A DNA stretch of 64,000 bases. Origin: Vicugna vicugna (Eukaryota). The translations under genes were made by a program, and so were the position numbers. The notes beneath the pieces are model-generated. The model saw only the letters and a list, made by a program, of their open reading frames with translations. It had not been told where the DNA came from and did no database searches. This document shows, piece by piece, positions 38,873-52,911 of the stretch. The stretch's first letter is position 1; each line of letters starts with the position of its first letter. The DNA lies in contig MU058213.1 in assembly GCA_013265495.1 (NCBI GenBank), positions 5,787,149 through 5,851,148 on the forward strand, in the 5' to 3' direction.

Positions 38873-39809
38873 AATTAAATCTAACTAAATAAAAGTAAAC
38901 AATTCAGCAGCATTTAGTAAATTCACAATGCTGTGCAACTGTTACCACTGTCTAGTTCCAAAACATATTCATGTGACAAATAAGAAAAAAAGAACTTTCT
39001 ATTTCATGAACTAGAACTTTTTGATGGCATTTAATTAGATAGTCTTTATCTACTTGGCATCCTGTTTCAGCAGGCTGAATTAGAGAATATATTCATGGTA
39101 TTAATACTACTAATAATTTGGAATTCCTACTTCTTTTTACTGTGTATTTTTTTTACAAGTTATTACCATTAACATAAGTCAACAGTATGCTTCTTTAATT
39201 CTCATTTTGAAAAATGAATTATAGTTTTGCTCCAACATTAGTAAGCTCAAAAATACAGTCAGAAGTTCTAAAATCAGCATTAAAAGTGTCCATTTATAAT
39301 GAGATGTATGGAAGGATGGCAGAATTTCATGAATTTTTTTCCCCTACTTATAAAATCCAATCTTAGGAAACAGTTACATGCAAATATAGTTTTTGCATGT
39401 ATATAATCTATACTTGTTACTGTTTTGGTAGTGCTGTCAACAAATGTTTTGATTTTCTAGCTATTAGACCATTTTGTGGCATGTTTAGTGTTGCACAGTA
39501 TGATTTATAATTAATTTCAGTGGCTCGAGGCAAATGACACCTTCTCTTTCATTTCAACTGGAAAATATCGAAAATCATATTTTGCATCACCAAGGTGATC
39601 ACTGAAAATTATGTTTAAGATTGTATTTCTTTTTATTTAAAAACATAAATACATTACATACCAGCATCATAATGAATGGTATTCCAATGTTACATGTTTG
39701 GACCACTATTTTCTTTGAAGTTTTAACTTATTACATTTTGGTATTTTGTAAATGTATGAGAAACTGATAAAACGTGGAAGTATAATGTCTGTGTCTTATA
39801 CCATCATGA

Positions 39810-40025
39810 ACAACCTGCCCTCGACTCCAAGCTCTACCGTTTATAAGCTATGTGGCTTTGGCAAAATTATTTCACCTTTCCCACCTCAATATTTCTTTTT
39901 TTAATGGAAATGATAAAATATGTCCCTCATGAGATTGTTCTGATAATTAAATTTAAATTATTTAACGTTTGTAATATGATTATAACAGTGTCTAGCAGGT
40001 AACAATTGCCATATAAGTGTTTGTT
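39810..40025 (+). mobile_element. MIR SINE
   Basis: agctatgtggctttggcaaaattatttcacc...gagattgttctgataattaaat, MIR-like. Confidence 0.6.
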
Positions 40026-42573
40026 AACTAAGAACACATAAATAGCATGGTTCTTTCTTAAACACTCATCCCTTCAAAAGCAGTAATTAATAGCGTTATT
40101 TCCTTAGCAATAATACACAGCTTTGATACTACCAATGTAAAAAAAAAGTTATCATTAAATTTTAGTAATGAGAAATTCAGCTAGGAAGCATACGGTCGTA
40201 TACAGTACATTACACAAGTAATACTGCAGGAAAATGCTTGTAGCACAACTTAAAGCTAATCCTGGTAAATGTTTCAACAATTATATTTAAATTTTTCCAA
40301 CTCGTAAAGAACTGCCTGCTGCATGTCTCACTGTCAGGCCAAACTCAATATGTTTAACTTATTATCTCTATCATAACGGCACCACCTTGAGATGGAGGGT
40401 GGACTCATCTCACACTCTTCTTCCCTTTACTCATAACAGTCACCAAATATTGATTTTTCCCTAAAAATGTCTTTTTTGTGCCTCTGATCCTTCCTTACCC
40501 ACTACTGTCACTCCAATTCACACAATTATTTTCTTTTGCTTAGTGTATTTCTAACCCATCTCACTCCAGTCTCTCTCACTTCTGGTTCTGCTTTCAAACC
40601 TCACCTCAATCCACTGCAGTTTGCTTCTATCCCCATCATTCTGGAGAACCTACTCTTGCTGGGACCATCAAAGATCTGACACTTATCAATGCCACTGCAC
40701 ACTCCTTATCTAACCAGACCACTTGGTCAATTAACACTCTCTCCTCAAAATTCCCTCCTCCAAGACCTTGCAGTCTCCTGACTTTCCTCCTTACTTTTTA
40801 AACTGTGACTTCTGCATCTCTTCCCTGGGGCTTTCCTTCTCTTTATCCTTTCGATATTAGTGTGCCTGAGGACTTTATCCTTGGCTTTTTTTTTTTTTAT
40901 CTTTTCGTTCTTCACTTTCATGATCATTTTTTTACTACCTCTGAGATATCTATGATTAACCTGGCTATAAACTCCATGAAAACAAAGCCTGGGTCTATCT
41001 TGTTCTGAATCTAGCCCACTGCCTAGCACGTTGTCAGCACTTTTCCTCCACCTGTGCCCCAAGCCCCAGCCCTACATGTCAGCTGTGACACAGTTTCCTA
41101 ATTTTTACAATGAGGAGAGTGGTAATCCCAACCTCAGAAGGTTGAAAACTAAATAAATGAATAGAGGTACTAAGCACTGAGAATATTGCAAGGCCCACAG
41201 CACACATTATAAAATTTCAGGCTTTTTTTTTGTTACATAGCTAACACATGCTAGGCAACTCCTTCCTGAAGTTATATGGCCACACCAACATGTCCCGAAC
41301 TGAACAAACCCCTGCATCAACCTACCCAAACTTTTGGGGGTTTTTCCCCTTTTAAATCCCCTATTTTGGTAAGTGGTAACACCATTCATGTAACTGCCTA
41401 AACTTGTCTCCCATTCCAGCAGATCATCGTCATCTCTGCTCTCCATTGTATGAAATCCCCCGACCTACCTCTACTGCCTCACGTTACCCACTCCCTGACC
41501 ATTTGCCCCCATTTTTGCCAGAGTGAGCTTTTTGAAAAATATATCCTTTTATCTCCAGGATGAAATGCAAGGCCTTCGTGATCTGGTCATGGCCTTCCCT
41601 GCCTCCTTTGCTGTCTTCCATGGCTCTTTTCCTACTTTATCTTCTAAAGGTACCAAGGACAAAAATCAGAGTGACAGTAGTAGCTGGCTGTCAGTAAGGA
41701 ACTGGAACCTTGAAGAACTTAAGTAAGTTACCAAAAGTCTCAAGGCTGGTACGTGGCAGAGCCAGCACTCAGAGTTAAATCTGCTTCCAAATCATGTGCT
41801 TTAATCACTACAATATGCTGCTGTTCAACTGCAGTTGTCTTCCAAAACACACATATCACTCCCCTCTTTTATCTTTCCACGGTTTATTTCCTCCATAAGG
41901 AATTTCAAAAATTCATTTTAAGACAATTTTTTGTTAGGATTTTGCTTTCTATATAAAAGAGGAATCAGAGAAGAAAAGCGCTTAGAAAATCCACTTTTGG
42001 GGAAAAGAGAACAATGAAAAAATGGTATTTATAACATAACGCATTTAGAAGACATGTAATAAAAGCCACTTTCCTTTCATATATAAAGGAATAGACACGG
42101 TTAAACATATGTTTCATTCAGGCTCATTTCTAAAACCTTCACTAAATTCACCTCCAGACAAAATTTAGTATCTACCATGTCCATACTTCTAATGTAACTG
42201 TATCAAACTGCATTTGTTTGTTTTAAATCTTTCCTAATTCTTAAAGATGGTAATGAATCACATGTTATAAGAGTTTTAAAAACAGGGCATCGGAGAGTTA
42301 AGCAAATATATATCCAACAAATGTTTATTGGCTCTTAATGCCAGAATAGGATCCATTTCACTAATTTATTTAAAAATTGCCTAAAACCCTGATATTTTAT
42401 TTGATCATTCAAGGTGCTCCACAAAACTCATTTGTCCAGCCTTTTCTCACATCTCCTTTCAATGAAACTTCTGCTCTACCCAAAATGGTCTATACTTGGG
42501 AACCCTAAAGCATCTTAAACTTTCCCTCTTCCATGCTTTTTGTCCCCTCTGTTTCCTTTCTGCTCATACAGTA

Positions 42574-42964
42574 TAAATAAGACAATAGGCCCAAAATGGA
42601 GTTGCTTATGCTAATCCCCAAGTCACCAAACCAAGATTTAACTTAATTGCAGATTCAGTTCTCCCAGAAATGGAAACTTACACCAGTCAATCAGGAAGCA
42701 TCTGATCAGCATCTGTTAGATAACGTGCCCACTAAGCCCCTGCTTTCCCCTAAAGGAAAGTAACTTTGCAATAACCAACACAATTTTTTTTTTTGCCTCG
42801 TATAACCTCCTTGCTTCTACTCCCTTCTGCCTATAAAAGTCTCGCATTTTGTAGAGTTCCTCACAGCTCCTTTCTATCTACTAGATTAGATGCAACCAGA
42901 TTCAAATCAATTTTTGCTCAAATAAACTTAAGTTTTAAAATATGCTTCAGTTAATCTTTTAACA
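42574..42964 (+). mobile_element. Solo LTR of a class I ERV (MER34/MER39-like)
   Basis: About 390 bp, ends ...ttttaaCA. 4-bp TSD AGTA at 42570-42573 and 42965-42968. TATAAAA at 42832-42838; AATAAA at 42921-42926. Confidence 0.8.
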
Positions 42965-44432
42965 AGTATTTCATACATAAGCTTTAAAGTGCTGGTAGCT
43001 CATAAGCCAAACTAGACTCAGATATGTTTGGTTCGATTTTTTGTTTAAAAAATTTTTTTTTTCTTAGTTACATGAAGATATTCAACAGTTAGGAGATTTC
43101 ATGTTAAAACCTAGGTGCCAGATTTTCTGTGAAAACTGAAATGTTAAGAAGACAAGTTCTTGCCAAACATCAGTTGGCTGAAACTGAGTAGAGGCTGCCC
43201 TCCCTGAACAGGGCTGGTCTAGTGTCACCCCAGCTTGCATTATCCCTGTATTTGACTCTGCAACCCTTGTTTTAAGAAGTGGACCAAGTTCCAAATAGTC
43301 CTTAAGTGTTTTCCTAGACCCTTGGGGCCCCTAATCTCAACCAAATTTTAGGCCAAAATACATATTATTTATATCCTTCATCTGCAATTATTCATGTGTT
43401 ACTTTATGAAAATTCTAGTATTATTCCAATATTACAGTGGACAGAGAAAGAGAGGCTTTCAGGCAAAGCAGAGGGTTTCACAAAAAACTTTACAGGGAGA
43501 CAATGAAATTATTGGTCATTCATTCAACAAATATTTGTCCTGCTCCTCATTTGGGGATTCCCAGACTACCAAGACAAGAGTCCTGACATAGTGCCAGGCA
43601 CCAAGATAAGCAATTCCCATAGATGATCCCATTTACTCTTTGCAATAATGCTATGAAGTAGACAATGCTCTATTTTATAAATGAGGATGCAGAGGCAGAC
43701 CAGGCTTCTAAACCAAATTTGTCTGACTCTGAATCTTATAGTCTAGTTTTTGAATTACTGGATAAACCTTCATTATTATTAAAGTATTGCCACGGTCCAG
43801 AATCTACTTCTTGATTTTGAAGGTCAAGAAGCTTTATTTTTCTCACTGCAACCTGAGTTGATCAGCCAACAAAGACTAACTTGTAGGAGCTAAGCTCTCA
43901 AGGGACTTATGTCTTGATCAAAAATATGATTTTACAAATTAGATATTCACTTTAGCAAGTCCGTGCATTGTCTTTTTTATGTTCAATACTTCAGAGGCTA
44001 AGTCATAATTGAAAGTAACTTAGTAAGCAAGGCATCAGTGCAGAAGAAATTAATGGAATGATTTTATTGGCTAGTTTACCCAACCATCCGACTTACTATG
44101 CCACACTAGAATCTACAAAGTAGCAGACAGGTACCAGGTCATCCACCTGTTCAGGTGCCCTCTACCTTAGAAGGGCATCGAAGCATACTGTGACAAACTC
44201 TTATGTTTTGGGGTCTTCTCTAGACCCCATGCAGGCTATCATCTCCCTTGTTATTATTTGCTTTCTTTAGGAATAATAGAATTGATTAGGCCAAACTTTT
44301 TACACCCATTCAGACTTGGATTTGATTTCTAATATTTACTTTTGCTTCTTCAGGACCTGAAAATAATCCTGTCTTCTAAGGGAATGATGACAAATAGCTA
44401 ATCTGATTCATTTTATACTGATTTGGTTATTT

Positions 44433-44553
44433 TGGGGGGAGGGGAGGTAATTAGGCTTATTTATTTTTGGAGGTGGTACTGGGGATTGAACCCAGGACCT
44501 TGTGCATGCTAAGCATGCACTCCACCACTTAAGCAGTACTCTCCCCTACCAAG
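44433..44553 (-). mobile_element. tRNA-Ala-derived SINE (vic-1-like)
   Basis: Reverse complement of the SINE head and body (ggtactggggattgaacccaggaccttgtgcatgctaagcatgc). TSD TTTGGTTATTT at 44422-44432 and 44554-44564. Confidence 0.9.
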
Positions 44554-45144
44554 TTTGGTTATTTAATTCTCATCTTTCTGGGATGCACTTCCTAGTAGCC
44601 CTTATACACTGCCTCAGGTATCATCTGTTTATTTCACTTGTAGACCTTATGTTTTGTCTTCCTAACCAGATTGTAACCTATTTGAGGGCAATGACAATAA
44701 TAATATATTTGAAGACCTTTACAACTTGTTCCCATATCACTCACAAAACTACATAGCAAAATCATTCATGCTAATATTTTTCCCCTGCTTTTTTTTTTCT
44801 TTTACTAAAGGTGAAAATTGAAGTTAAGAGAGGTAAACTGACCTACCCAAGCTTATAAATTTAGTCAATGTCAAGACCAGGTTCTGGTCCCGGGTCTTAT
44901 AGTCTCTATTAGTCACAGTTTCTACTACATTAGGCAGCTTCCATGTGGCCACATTTAATACTCTCTTCTGTGCCCCAAAGCACTACATTGTAGATACTGA
45001 ATACGTAATTACAGAGGTTTGTTATTGTAATTATAAGCCAATGAGTCATGAGTCATAATTCTTTCTATAAGCCTACTAACATACCAACTAAACTTTACTT
45101 CTCAATAATGCAAATAATTATTATCTGATATTGTTCTAGGTAAG

Positions 45145-45370
45145 TCTTTCTCAGTGACTGGGCAGTAGAACACCAGAATCAGTCACTTAAGATACCTGTC
45201 AAAACTGCAGATTCCTTATATATCAACTATACTTAAAAAAAAAAACTTGCAAATTTCTGGGTTTTTCTCCCATTCTGTTGAAACAGACTTCCTAGGTATA
45301 GAGCCCAGAAATATGCATTTTAACAGGCTTCCCACCTGAGAGTACATTACACTGAAGTTTGGCAATCACT
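45145..45370. mobile_element. MER5-like hAT-Charlie MITE interrupted by a tiny L1 tail
   Basis: cagaatc...cccagaaatatgcattttaacagg...ctgaagtttgg MER5 motifs. Confidence 0.6.
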
Positions 45371-47029
45371 ATTCCAAATAAACATAATAAGGGATAGATT
45401 GAATATAAGATACCAGGTTCTCTTGGAAAGGCAATGTCAACATTATATATGTGTGCATATGTGTGTGTGCATATGTGTATATATATATACACACACACAC
45501 ACTTCATTTTATATATATTTATTTATATATACTTCAACATATGAAAATAATAAAGAATACATTTCCTTGATTCTAAGATACCCTTAATTGTAAGATATAC
45601 CACTAATTTGATAATAGATTTTGAAGAAAAGAGCATTACATCTTCAAAACATGTTTAATTCTGAATCTAGAAAATTTCGAATATTAAGAAGTGAAGCTTA
45701 GACTTGAGGATATTCAGTAATTATATTTTAAATAGTGTAGTAAAAACAGAAGAGTGTGGAGGTGGGAAGTTGGACATGGTCTAAATAGACTTTGACAACT
45801 AAGAAGAGAGAACATTTTAAATTAGGAAAACAAAATGAGTCAATGATTTGGATAGATATAATTAGTGGAGTGAGAAAACCAAATCTTATAGAGAGAAAGT
45901 TATTACATTTTAGTAGTTGATAAGGGTGGTTAAACAGAATGAAGAAAGATTAAGAAAAGCTTTGACAGCCAGGCCAACTCATGGTATTTAGTGGTTATGG
46001 AAGTGCCTTTAAAGGTTTTTCAGCAGTAGGTGGAAATAATGAAAACACTGTTTAATCTAGCAAGATACACAATGGACTCGAAGGAAAATAAATTGTGGAG
46101 AAATCAGTTAGTTTACTCCAACACACTCACTGACCTGGGAAAACAGCAGACAGAATGGAAAGCAAGGCCTGGATAAAATATTGAAGGAAGAGTCAAATCC
46201 TGATTGACTTGCCCTTCTGGTAATTTATCTGAAGAATATAACTATAAGAACATATATAAAGACTCAGTCACAAGGACATTGATTGCAGTGAAGTTCATAA
46301 TAGTTAAATGATTGAAATGATTGAAATGTCCAAGAAACAGGGATTGGTTGAGTTATATAATGGAATATTAATTCACCGGGAATGTTGCAGATGGATATTA
46401 ATGCAATATCAAATATATTGATAACAAAACAAATGTGTTTGGAATGGTCTGAATCTTATTTACATAAATATGTATGTGTTCAGGTGCAGGTGCCTAGAAA
46501 AACTTGGGAAGAACAGATGTGCAGTGAAGTATCACAAATGTTGTTTCTAATACTTCACGCAGTGTGACAAAAAAATGGTGTTTTTTATTTTCTTCTCTTT
46601 GCTTATATATCTTTTCTAATTTTTCTAAAATGAGTATGTTTTGGTTTTGTATTAAGAAAGCAAAATTATTTATTTACATTGAACATTTTATATTAAAAAA
46701 ATGGGATTTGTTGACTGTGAGGAAACTAAAACAAAACTACTTGAATGTTTTAAGCCTGGGAGACAGAGACTGATACTAAAATGGGAAAATGTGGGAAAGA
46801 CAAGAACAAAAAAGCATTTTGGGATCAGGATTTTATATACATACATATCAAGGGAGAAGACATTAAAAAAATGGCCAAAAGACTAACTTTGGAGCAGTGT
46901 GAAAGTTCTGGGAGAGTAATAAAGTAAAATAACATTGGCAATAGATGTAAATTTAGAAACCTTTTTCTCCTGCCAAGATTTATTTATTTGCAGTCGAGTG
47001 AAGAGGGGAGGCTTCTTCTAGTGCTAGAA

Positions 47030-47222
47030 TAGTAATTATCAAACTTTATTCTGTATCAGAATCACCTCAAGGTCTTGTCAAAACACAGACCTCTGTGTTG
47101 CTGGGCTCTACACCCAGAGTTCCTGATTCTGTAGATCTGAGTGGAATTAGAAATTTTTCATTTTAATAAGTTCTTAGGTGATGTCAATGCTGCTAATCCC
47201 AAAATCACATTTTGAGAACTAG
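47030..47222. mobile_element. MER5A-like hAT-Charlie MITE
   Basis: tcaaacttt...tcagaatcacct...aaaacacaga...ctgattctgtagatctg...ggtgatgtcaatgctgct...ttttgagaac. Confidence 0.75.
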
Positions 47223-47510
47223 AGTTGAGAGATACCTGGCAGGGCAAGTGGGTGGGTTGGCAGGGCAGAAATATGTTTGAGGAGAGAAGTCCTAAGGCAT
47301 GAACTATACTAGATCCAATTTAAAAAAAAAAAACTTAACCATTGGTGTGATAGGAGGGGAACAGGGATTCTGAGTCGAAGGTGATGGAATATATTCCTTG
47401 GATTCATTCCTGGTGAAATCTACCTGGACCCATATTTAGGTCCCACTTTTAAAAAGGACTACATAAGTGAAACTGAGGAAACTGCTTCATTAATATATTG
47501 TGGCATATTA

Positions 47511-47648
47511 CAAATATGTTTCTCAGAAGGAGCCAGGACTAGACACATGCACCCCAGTGTTCACATTAGCACTATTTACAATAGCCAAGACATGGAAACA
47601 ACTTAAATGTCCATTGGCAGATAAATGGATAAAGATGTGATATATACA

Positions 47649-47693
<45 letters not shown>

Positions 47694-48210
47694 ACGCATA
47701 CACACAATTGAATAATACTCAGCCATAAAAAGGAAGGAAGTAATGCCATTTGCTTCCTTGGATGGACCTAGAGATTATCATATTAAGTGAAGCAAGTCAG
47801 GCAGAGAAAGAAAAATATCATATACAGTGTCGCTTACATGTGGAATTAAAAAAATAAATGCAAATTTTATTTACAAACCAGAAATGGATTCACGGAAATA
47901 GAAAACAAACTATGGTAATCAGAGGAGAAATGTGGGGGAGGGATAGATTAAGAGTTTGGGATTAACAGATACTCGGTTCTACATATAAAATAGATAAACA
48001 ACAAGGTCCTACTGTATAGCACAGGGAACTATATTCACTTTCTTGTAATGAGCCGTAATGGAAAAGAAACTGAAAAAATACATATGTATGTATGTATATG
48101 TATAACTGAATCGCTTTGCTGTACACCTGAAACTAACATTGTAAATTGATTATGCTTCAATAAAAAATAAGAATTAGTAAGAAAAAAAAAGCCAGAAACA
48201 GAGAAAAAAA
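47511..48210 (+). mobile_element. 5'-truncated LINE-1 3' end containing a (CA)20 microsatellite at 47651-47690
   Basis: gacacatgcaccccagtgttcac...aatagccaagacatggaaacaac (L1 ORF2 end), 3'UTR, AATAAA and polyA. 16-bp TSD ATATTGTGGCATATTA at 47495-47510 and 48211-48226. Confidence 0.92.
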
Positions 48211-49389
48211 ATATTGTGGCATATTAGAGCTACAATAAAAGGAAAAAGAAGGTCATTTCCCTCCATTCACCATCATGTATCTTTACCACCACCAGGACAG
48301 ACTAGCATCTGGTGAAACAGCATGGAGTAGGAGCAGCACCTGGTAGAATATCATAGGATTGGATCTGTTTCTGAACAGGTGTGGGACTCCTCATGGGGGC
48401 TCTCAGAAATAATTAAACAGGGGATGTACTTTACAGGAGGCTGGAGTTTCTGCATAGTCAGTTGAGGGCTAGAGCCAGGGCAATTTGAGTTATATGCAAA
48501 CTCTTAATTTTAACTTATAATTTTATTACCCCATCTTGAGCAGAAAGCTAAGAGAAGAGGAGTAATGGCATATATGTCCCATACCTGTGTAATCTTCTGC
48601 TCAAGGCCAATTTTGATTCAGTTGGATAAGAAAAAAAAAAACCATCACATTGTTTTTAGTAGAACCATCAATAAAACAAAATCAAAATGTTTGAATTGTA
48701 GCTCTTATAGATTTATGCTATAAGGATAAGGTGAGGAAGACAAAACCATAGGCTGGGGAATAATTAGAATGCTCTATACTCTCCTAGTAAGATGATAAGG
48801 ATTCACATAGGGAGTGGCTACCGATGATGAAATAGGAAAGGAGTGTATAATACCGGCAAGACTTGGTAGATGAGATAATAGTCAGTAAATAAATTAAGGT
48901 AAATTGCAAAAATAGCATCAACTTTTCTGTCCTGGTAGCTAGAAAAGCAATGAGTCAACTATGAAAAAGAGAATTTTACAAGAATAATTAATCATTTTAA
49001 GAGTTAGAAATGTATTTTTTGGATTTCTTAAGCCTGAGGTAATAATCAGCCTGTGATTTGAATTCGGAGAGTATAGCTTAATTCCTCCTTAATTATCTCA
49101 CATTAAGAGGGTTTTTTTTCTTTACTGAATTTCTATAAGTTATTACTTATACCACTCCATTAGCATTAATTATTAATTAACTTATATTCTCAATGATCAA
49201 TTCAAGTAAATGTCTTATTTCCCACAACAGATTTTGCTCTCCTGAAGTGTAAAAACCAGTGTTTTACACTTGTATCCCCCATATCTCACTCTCTGGCACT
49301 ATCAATAACTCCCTACTAAGTATACTATTTTACAGCATATGGTTGAGATATCCTTTGAAAAATATAAAGGATATATTAAAAATTATGAT

Positions 49390-50620
49390 CAATATTCTAA
49401 GAGATGAAAGGTCAGGATGCCATCAAACAATATAAAGGAACTAGGAAGAGCTCTTGGACAATAAATACATAATAGTGTCAATAAACAATGCATTAAAAAG
49501 AACTGAAAAATAAATTTGAGGAAATCTCTTAGAAAGTAGGCCAAAAAGATATATAAAATTAGAGAAAAGATAAGAATTACAAAGGAAATGAAATAAGTAA
49601 TTTTCCAGAACTGAAGGACACAAGTTTCTACATTGAATGTGGTCACCACGTACCCAGCACAATGAATAAAGCGAGACCCACTCAAGGGTCTATCAAATAC
49701 TGAAATGTCAGAACACCAAGAAGAAAGAGAAGATCACATAAACTTCAGGGAGAAGAAATAAGTTATATACAAAGGTTCTGGAGTCTAATAGTATAAGACT
49801 ACTCTAGAATCACCTGGAAGCTAGAAGACCATTGATCAATGACTTTAAAATGAAGAAAAAGCATCTCCAATATTTTACATCCAGCCAAACTATAAAATGT
49901 ACAGGAAAAAAAAAGGTCTAACTATTTTCAGACAAGCATGACCTATAAAAATGTGCTTCCTATGCACTTTCTCAGGAAGCTAAGCATGTTTCACCAAATC
50001 AAGGAAAGAGGAAGACAGAAGATCCAAGAAAGAAAGGAATCCACATAGAAGAGAGGAAGAAGGAATTCCTAAGACAACAGTGAAGAGAAATTCCAGGGTG
50101 AAGCTGTCCAGCTGGCCTATAAAACTCAAGTCCAGATCAGAGCAAGAGAAGTTAGTGTTCCAGAAGAGATGTACCCAAGATTAAAATGGGTCTGAGAAGT
50201 AACTTTGTATGGTTGGTTGTCCTGGTAAGTCTGGTTGAATTAGTGGTAGGTGAAGAGTTAAGCAAATGAACAAAATGATGATACAATTGTTAATTCCAGG
50301 AAAAACAAAATTTTTACAAAAAAGTAATCACAACCACATTAAAATACCTGTTTTAGTGGTGAATAATATATATATTTATTATTCTCTAATGCTTAAATTT
50401 TGAGTACTTCAATAAAAAATTTTGACATAATTGGGAGGTTGGAGCAAGAGGAGTAAGAATGGTATGTGAGAAAAGAACTAAATCCTCATCATGTAATTCA
50501 TCAATAAAATTCATGTTTATTCATGTGATAAATTAATAAACAATATTTACAACTCCCAAATGAAGAAATCGGAATGTAATCATGTTACTCAGTAATACTG
50601 GATAAAGAGCTAAAGATACC
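49390..50620 (+). mobile_element. Ancient L1ME/HAL1-like ORF1 relic
   Basis: A-rich, degenerate ORF1-like motifs (ttccagaactgaagg, attttacatccagccaaacta). Confidence 0.5.
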
Positions 50621-52911
50621 TCGGAGCTGAGACTGCTTCAGTGTGGACGGATAGAGCAGGGAACTGCTTTGTTTACTGATTTTTATGACTATTACAGCTG
50701 TAACTTTGAAAAATAATGAAAAATTTTTGGATAGTAACCATCTTGTTTTAAAATGGTATGCTTTACCTCACATTTAACTAAGGATGCAAATAAGCAAAGA
50801 GAGAATGAGACATTTTTCAGTTTATTGACTACTGACACTTCTCCCTAGATGCCACTCCCCACCACTTAGAAAAATACTATGTACATTTTCACAAACTTAA
50901 ATAAATATATATATTTGACTTACACAATTGCTGACATGAAAAGAAAAATTAGTTTATTTCTCTCTGTTATAAATAAGTTATTAAATTATGCATGTGAGCA
51001 TTTAAAACATATACCAATAAAAACTACCAGAGCACGAAGGTTTATCTAAGTAAAGAATTTTTGGAAAATGGTAAAAGGCCATTATTTGAGAAGCATCTTT
51101 CATGATTTTTGGTTCTACTATGGCTTCTGGACTGTAAATGATTCATTCATTCAATTTATTCATGTAATACACCTTTACAAATTTCCTTTTTATAATCAAG
51201 GAAAAATGCTAAATTCTGAATTCCCTGAAATCTATAATATTCTCATTTGTACTTAACAGTCTTAAATACTGTCAAATTATTAACCCAGCAACATATTAAT
51301 CCAGCAACATATATTTTAATCCGTTAACATTTGCCATTCTTTTTCAGGAAAAATTCTAATTTGAACAATACTATTTATTGCTTACAGATTGACATGGAGC
51401 CCAAAACCACACAGAACTCCTAAATTCAGTATTTCTGAAGAAGCTTTCTCTTATCTTTTCTAACTTCCCTCTTTTCCAAGAGTTGGATAAATATAATATT
51501 GTTCCACTGTAAAAAGGTGAAAGGAGCTTTATCTTCTGTATTGTCAGGAAAAGGTACTTCCCAAGCAAATATTTACATGAGCTCCATTTTCTGCATTGTC
51601 AGGAAACGGTACTTCCCAAGCAAATATTTAAAATGCAGCAATAAGAAAAAAACCACTAGACAGTAAACCTCAGGAAGATATGAAACATTTCTCTCATTCA
51701 CCACATCATCTCCAGTGCCAAACAGTATCCAGCAATGTACTGGGTACTGAAATGTGTTAAATGAGGGAATGAAACACTACTTAGTAATTTTGTCTACCTC
51801 CTCTAACCAAAAGAGATACAAAAAACAAACAAAACAAAAAAACCCTAAAAAAACTCCACCGAAAAATACATTCTACTAGGTATCAGGAATTTATATGTAT
51901 GAATACCAAGGAAGACCTGTCTTGTCAAATTTTGTATCCCCCGACCCTAGAAAATGTTGAAAGACAAACAAACAAAAAACCCTTGTCGGGAACAGGTCAG
52001 AATACTACCCTAATCTCCTTTTACGTCCCGTCTACTCTGCCTTCTCTGAAAACTGAATGGCCTTCAGAGGAGTAGGTTCTCAATAGAAAAGTCACTTTTC
52101 CAGGAACAGGCACTTCTCACTCCGTGCAAAGCGAGGCCAAGTTAACAGAACCGCAAGGTCTTGGCTAATGCAAGCACAAACTGATTTATTATGATTGGCC
52201 CAAATTACCCACTTTTTTTTTTGCTGCGCAGGCCAATATCCACAACCGCACTGACGCCTCATGTAGGGCAAACGTTTTCACCAGTAGCTGGTGGGGAGCA
52301 CAGTGTTTCTCAGCCAAAACCGGGGGAGAGTGGAATTTGTGCAGTGTAGTAATCCAAACATCTCGAGTGTATTCCAGCCTTTAAAATCTGCATCTCGTAA
52401 GACATTCCTTCCATTTTCCACAATACAAGCTGGGAAAACAAATCTCCTGAGTCCTTCAGGGACGACCTCCTTTCCAAATACTACAACCACTGCCAACTCT
52501 CCATCCCCGAGCCCAAGGCTGAACCACAAACGACCCAGCTCTGAAGGGTCACACCCGAGCTGTCCGCCACCCGCCTCGCCTTTAAAGAAGCCGCGCGCGG
52601 TCTAGCTGCCCCAGAGTTCAACTTCCGGCCACATAATGAGAGGATGTTTTTCTCCAGGCCACTCCCTCCTGGCCACGCCCTCCACGCCTCGCCTTCCGAG
52701 CGCGAGCCGGAGCGCGCGGGCGCGCGGGAGGGGCGGGGCCGCTTGGGCGGCCGCTGAGATGTTCTCCCTCTCCAGCGGCGTTAAGGCACGCGCAGGCACG
52801 CCCAGGGCTGGCGGACAGCGCGGCGGCGCGCGCGCGCGCTCCCGGGGCCCTCCCCCGTGACGTGCCTGGCCGAGGCCGCGCAAGGGCGCTGTAGCTGCCA
52901 GTGCCGCTGTC

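Noticed and set aside
35700..52900. Bidirectional promoter shared by ADAM10 and MINDY2
   Set aside because: The genes are head-to-head but about 17 kb apart, each with its own CpG island.
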